Source of the DNA: the human T2T-CHM13v2.0 reference genome, Homo sapiens
DNA: 64,000 nt
Assembly (NCBI RefSeq): GCF_009914755.1
Contig: NC_060927.1
Strand: one strand, 5' to 3'
The notes beneath the pieces were generated by a model. The model was not told where the DNA came from. It saw only the letters and a program-made list of their open reading frames with translations, and did not search any database. Positions 59,345-64,000 of this stretch are shown here, piece by piece (positions within the stretch are counted from its first letter, which is position 1; every line of letters starts with the position of its first letter). A program made the translations under genes and the position numbers.

Positions 59345-59570
59345 GATAATGGCAATCACTAACGTAATTCTTATTATGTCCCTGGCACTGTTTTAAGTAG
59401 CACATTTGCTCCTCACAAAACTTCATAACTAAGTAGCATTATAATTCATATGAGGAAACTGAGGTACAGAGGATTATGTAACATGTCCACAGTCATTCAG
59501 ATAATAGGCAGCAAGGGTGAGATTCAAAGCCAGGCAACCTGGCTTCAGAATCTGTGTTCTTAACACTTAC
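59345..59570 (-). mobile_element. MIR SINE
   Basis: 'atgaggaaactgaggtacagagg', 'gattcaaagccaggca'. Confidence 0.82.
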
Positions 59571-59728
59571 ATTGTAATTACAACACATTCTTTCAAGAAG
59601 TTAGCTTCCATTTACTCAACCCAAGCAAAGTTGTCCTAGTGTGCCCCACAAATCCTTTTTAAGAAGTCTGTTTAGGTTGACTCTTTGTTTTTCTTTGCTT
59701 TACTTTGGACTGTGCAATAAGCTTCATG

Positions 59729-60035
59729 GGCCAGCTGTGGTGGCTCATGCCTATAATCCCACTGCTTTGGAGGCTGAGATGGAAGGATCGCTTGAGGCCA
59801 GAAGTTTGAAACCAGCCAGGGCAACATAGCGAGACACCATTCCTGCAAAAAAAATTAGCCAGGCATAATGGCATGCAGCTGTGGTACCAGCTACTCGGGA
59901 GGCTAAGGTGGGAGGATCACTTGAGCTCAGGAGTTCCAGACTGCAGTGAGCTATAATCGTACTACTGCACTCCAGCCTGGGTGACAGAGTGAGACCCTGT
60001 CTCAAAAAAAAAAAAAAGAAGAAAAAAAAAAAAAA
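59729..60035 (+). mobile_element. AluJ
   Basis: 'ggaggatcacttgagctcaggagtt', 'gtgagctataatcg', 'gagaccctgtctc'. Confidence 0.94.
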
Positions 60036-60545
60036 ACAGCTTCACAAAGGACCAGGCACCCTGGTGTGATGATGGAGGCAAAGGTCCCAGGATACCATGC
60101 TACAGAGCCTGACTACACTACACAATACTCTATTTATAAGAATTCTCAGGGAAAAATTCCTTCCTGACATTTGGATCAGGAATAGTTACAATTGTTACGA
60201 ACAATTGGTTTGCTTCAAATAACTACTGGTACTTGGTTTAAAAATAAATATATGGCCCCACGATATAGCATCTCAGATTATGCTTTTTTTTTTTCGATTT
60301 CTCTTTACCGAGGCTCTGTATCATGACTCAGCTCTTGCTTCCCTTTTGATTTTGCTCTAAGTCTTTCTATGTAATGTGTCTGTAATTTGTGAATAGTTAT
60401 AAGTTTTTCTCAACACATTTTGGAGGAAAGCAAGGTATATCTATTAATCAATGTTCTAAATGATGACTAACAAGATAGTTTTGAGTGCTTGTGCAAGTTA
60501 CAGAATTTACCTCTGGGTATTCTGATCTTGAATCTGAACTAGAAA

Positions 60546-60557
60546 TGTGTGTGTGTG

Positions 60558-60590
<33 letters not shown>
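60546..60590. repeat. (TG)n microsatellite
   Basis: Direct reading; one interruption. Confidence 0.95.
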
Positions 60591-60729
60591 ATACACATGA
60601 CACCATTAGTCACCCAGTTAGAAATGCTTTCAAGTTTTAATATTATATTACTTCAAAAAGTTCCTGGGAAAATATTCCACTAAGAGAAGATGACCCAGTG
60701 AAGAAGAAAAATGTTTGTTATAAACAACA

Positions 60730-61245
60730 TTAGTTAGAATGCTCTTAGGTAAAAGAAACCAAAATACAACTAAGGAGGCCTACAATTCAAGGATATTAAT
60801 TTTTATATAACAAGAAAGTTGGAGGTAGACCCTTCTGGCACTCAGTCATCAGCTGCACCATGGTAGGGTAGAAAACACGTGTCTCTGTCATTGTCCTGGC
60901 CCTTCCTTGGGATGACGAGGCAGCTGCCACCATTTCTGACATAACTTTGTGTGACTGTTTCCAAGGGCAAAAAGCAGAGGGCAGCCAAAATGTCAAGAAA
61001 GCGCTCTTCAGGTACCCTGCTGCTTTTATCACCAAAAAATCATTTTTTTATACTGGCTCCAGAAGACTGTCTCTTACTTACATTTGTTCAAAATTGGGTT
61101 GCATGGCTGCTCTTGGCTACAAGGGAAGCCAGGAAGGTCAGCATTGGCTTTTTCATCCTTTTTCCATCCTTTAGTGGTAAACAAAAAAAGCCCAAATGAG
61201 GATGGAAATGGTTGTTAGGCAGGCAAATATTGCTTTCTTACACAA
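60730..61245 (-). mobile_element. Old MLT1(K-M)-like LTR
   Basis: 'tagttagaatgctctt', 'ataacaagaaagttggaggtag', 'gctacaagggaagccaggaa'. Confidence 0.55.
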
Positions 61246-61848
61246 TAATTCAATCAAAAACACTGGTGATATAAAACAGTTAAAAATGGGTTTGCCAGGG
61301 AAATAACTAATCAGAATCAAGGTAACCTTGAACATCTGGTTAGACTGTCTTGGGGCTGGCCTGTTATATGTTAGTTTTGATTAGAAACCACATCCCCCCA
61401 AAATGTTAGTGAAATTCTCATAAGAATGTTCATGTTCACTTTTTAGTTCTTCCCAAGGGGAGATACAAAAGCTATTGTTTAATCAAGTTTTGAGGACAGA
61501 GGAGTACCGGTTTTCAATAGTCCACAGGGATGGATTACCTCTTGAGGTTGAAGGGCAGGCCAAGTAGGCCAGTCGAGACTGACAGTCTGTCTTTGTCAGA
61601 ACAGCTCTGTTTTCTTTCCATCCTGGGTTTAAAAAAGCATTTAGCCTGCTAGTGAAATATCTAATAAACATGAGTAATTTGTTATAGCTCTAGTGTAGGG
61701 TCTCCCAAAGTGTCATTTGCATCAGAATCTCCTAAAATCTAAAATTCAGTTTCCTAGATCCTGTACCAGGCCCATAAATTAGGTATTCTGATGCCTAGAT
61801 TTTTGGCAGGGCCCAAGTTTCTATATTTCAAGTAAGATTGCAAGGTTC

Positions 61849-62164
61849 GGCCGGGCGCGGTGGCTCATGCCTGTAATCCCAGCACTTTGGGAGGCCTAGG
61901 TGGGTGGATCACGAGGTCAGGAGACCGAGACCATCCTGGCTAACACGATGAAACCCCATCTCTACTAAAAAAAAATACACAAAAATTAGCCAGCCATGAT
62001 GGTGGGCGCCTGTAGTCCCAGCTATTCGGAGGGCTGAGGCAGGAGAATGGCGTGAACCCAGGAGGCGGAGCTTGCAGTGACCCGAGATCGATCGTGCCAC
62101 TGCACTCCAGCCTGGGCAACAGAGAGATACTCCGTCTCAAAAACAAACAAACAAACAAACAAAA
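61849..62164 (+). mobile_element. AluY with (CAAA)n tail, inside a MER5-like relic
   Basis: 15-bp TSD aagattgcaaggttc at 61834-61848 and 62165-62179. Confidence 0.96.
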
Positions 62165-62559
62165 AAGATTGCAAGGTTCCTCATAACCCATACTGCCCTA
62201 AAAAGACACCTCTTTAAATAATTAGGGATGTGTACAAAGATTAAGATATAAAGATGGTTGCTTGTTTTTAATTATATATTTTTTATTCTTCTTTTCCTTT
62301 AAATTCTTGGGTTTGACATTTGACTTTGAAATTCTCTTAGAGATTCTGAAATTACATTTCTGGTTTCTCGTTGCTTGTGTCTATGTAAAGGGTAAAATAT
62401 TCATTGAAAATGTTATGTATAATTCACTTCTTAGCCCTTGCCAGAAATGTTTTATGCCTTTCATCAATGAGGCAATATTTTAGAATAATTGTTTTAAATG
62501 CCTGATATGGTTATTTTTCCCCAGGAATTTAATAAAAACAGGCAAGCGCAGACAAATAC

Positions 62560-63335
62560 AAGTGTTTTGTAAATGGCTGAAATTCAGGTACTCTTTTATT
62601 AGATCACAGAGCTGTGAAACAGATTAAATTTCAAGCATGGAGACTTTCAACATTGTTCTTGTAATTGCAAAGCATTCAAATGCATTCCTTTGCACTAATA
62701 ATTACTCTCTCCATTAATGCAATTGTTCTAGAAATTAAACAGACAGATCCTAAGTAAATGATAGTTTCTTTTTGTTTCTCACAGAAGTTGAGAATAAACT
62801 GTAGGTTAATTAAACTCTCTTGCATTAGTTTTTATATGGTATTGGTTTTCAATTCAGAGGTAAAGCTTATGCTCTCATACTAAAAAGCCTGTTTATAAGA
62901 TCATTTTAATCCTTTTCTGAAAAGGTTTAATTTATAATTGTGTTCTCCACTTTAATTGATCATAACAAATGAAGCAAATGCATAAGTTATGCTTCAAAAA
63001 TGCCCTTCATTACATGGAAAATTGGGACTGAGAGAACTCTCATACATTGACTTTCAGTGTGTTTTCATAATTCTTCTGGAAATGATATTATATTTGAATA
63101 AGTACCCACTCCCATACAATGGAAGCATTAAACAAAAGAATGTGAGTATGGATTTCTGTCACTGAGGAAAGTCCACTAGACTCAACATGACAATCAAGAG
63201 CAGCAGCTTTGATTAATGACTGACAATGATAATTCTGTTCAGGCTTCCTTTCCTCAGTCTTTGCCTTCTTCTGGTCCCCTGCCTTTCTTTCCTCCTTTTA
63301 ATTCCAATTACTTTTAATCTCTGTCAATCTTTAAA
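62560..63335. promoter_or_regulatory. Candidate developmental enhancer (TALE/Hox motif cluster)
   Basis: No recognisable repeat; TGATTAATGA at 63210-63219, TGACAA at 63188 and 63221, CTGTCA at 63156, CTGTCAATC at 63321, plus many TAAT cores. Motif evidence only. Confidence 0.35.
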
Positions 63336-64000
63336 ATTCCTTATCCTTTGTGTATTTTAGGAAAATATCAAGGTAATAAGGAAAAAATAAAAATTGAAAT
63401 GGGCAGTGAGCTGCAGTGCATTGCAAGTAAAACAAAACAAAACAAAAAATGTATCCCTAACTTACCAAACCAATTAACACCAAATGTTAGCACCAAAAAA
63501 AATACATAAATAAATAAAAAAGTGTACGTAAAGAAAAAGCAGTAAAGATAGTTCTTACCTTAATTCACTCTTTCACCATAAAAATAAAAGAGGCTCATTA
63601 ACATGTGGAGATTCTGTACTTCAATTTTGTCTGTTCAGATTGGGAATTTTCATTTGTTTCATTTTCATTTCCATTTGTACTTATATCCTAATAGAAAAAG
63701 CCAACATAATCCCAAATGGACCTCAAAGTCATGATGTAGAATGGAAACCATTGACAGAAGATAATCCTCCTTTTCTCCCAGCCTAGTGGGTGCAAGCTGG
63801 GTGGATTAAACAGATTTGGACCAAACCAACAATGGTTTATAAAAGGTCAAGCTGTGAGCTTGGCATCAGATCAGAAGCCATTTTTTGGATGCTCTCCCCA
63901 AGGAGTAAAGTCAAGCTCCTCTTTTCTAGCATGATGGAATCACTAAGGAAACCCAAGAATAAGAAATCTCACAAAATTCAGAGACCATAAACTGGCCTGT

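Overview
This is a repeat-rich primate (catarrhine, probably hominoid) intergenic or intronic window. I can support no protein-coding gene, rRNA, tRNA or CRISPR array; the longer ORFs in the track come from Alu, L1 or LTR sequence, and the rest look like chance ORFs. The window holds 23 Alu/FLAM elements (many with readable target-site duplications, TSDs), several L1 fragments including a textbook twin-primed L1PA, many MIR/L2 relics, hAT DNA-transposon relics, and a cluster of six solo LTRs at 45.6-50.9 kb. I found no new multi-gene system. The best leads are: (i) a repeat-free terminal block (62.2-64 kb) with clustered Pbx-Hox and Meis motifs, a possible developmental enhancer; (ii) several AluY-type copies sharing unusual non-CpG substitutions, which suggests a little-described subfamily or local gene conversion; (iii) local rearrangement scars, namely a nested palindrome at 53.4 kb, a 100-bp dispersed duplication and an 85-bp tandem duplication; (iv) a few candidate non-coding splice units. 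Repeat family names come from recalled consensus sequences, not from a search, and boundaries without TSDs are approximate.
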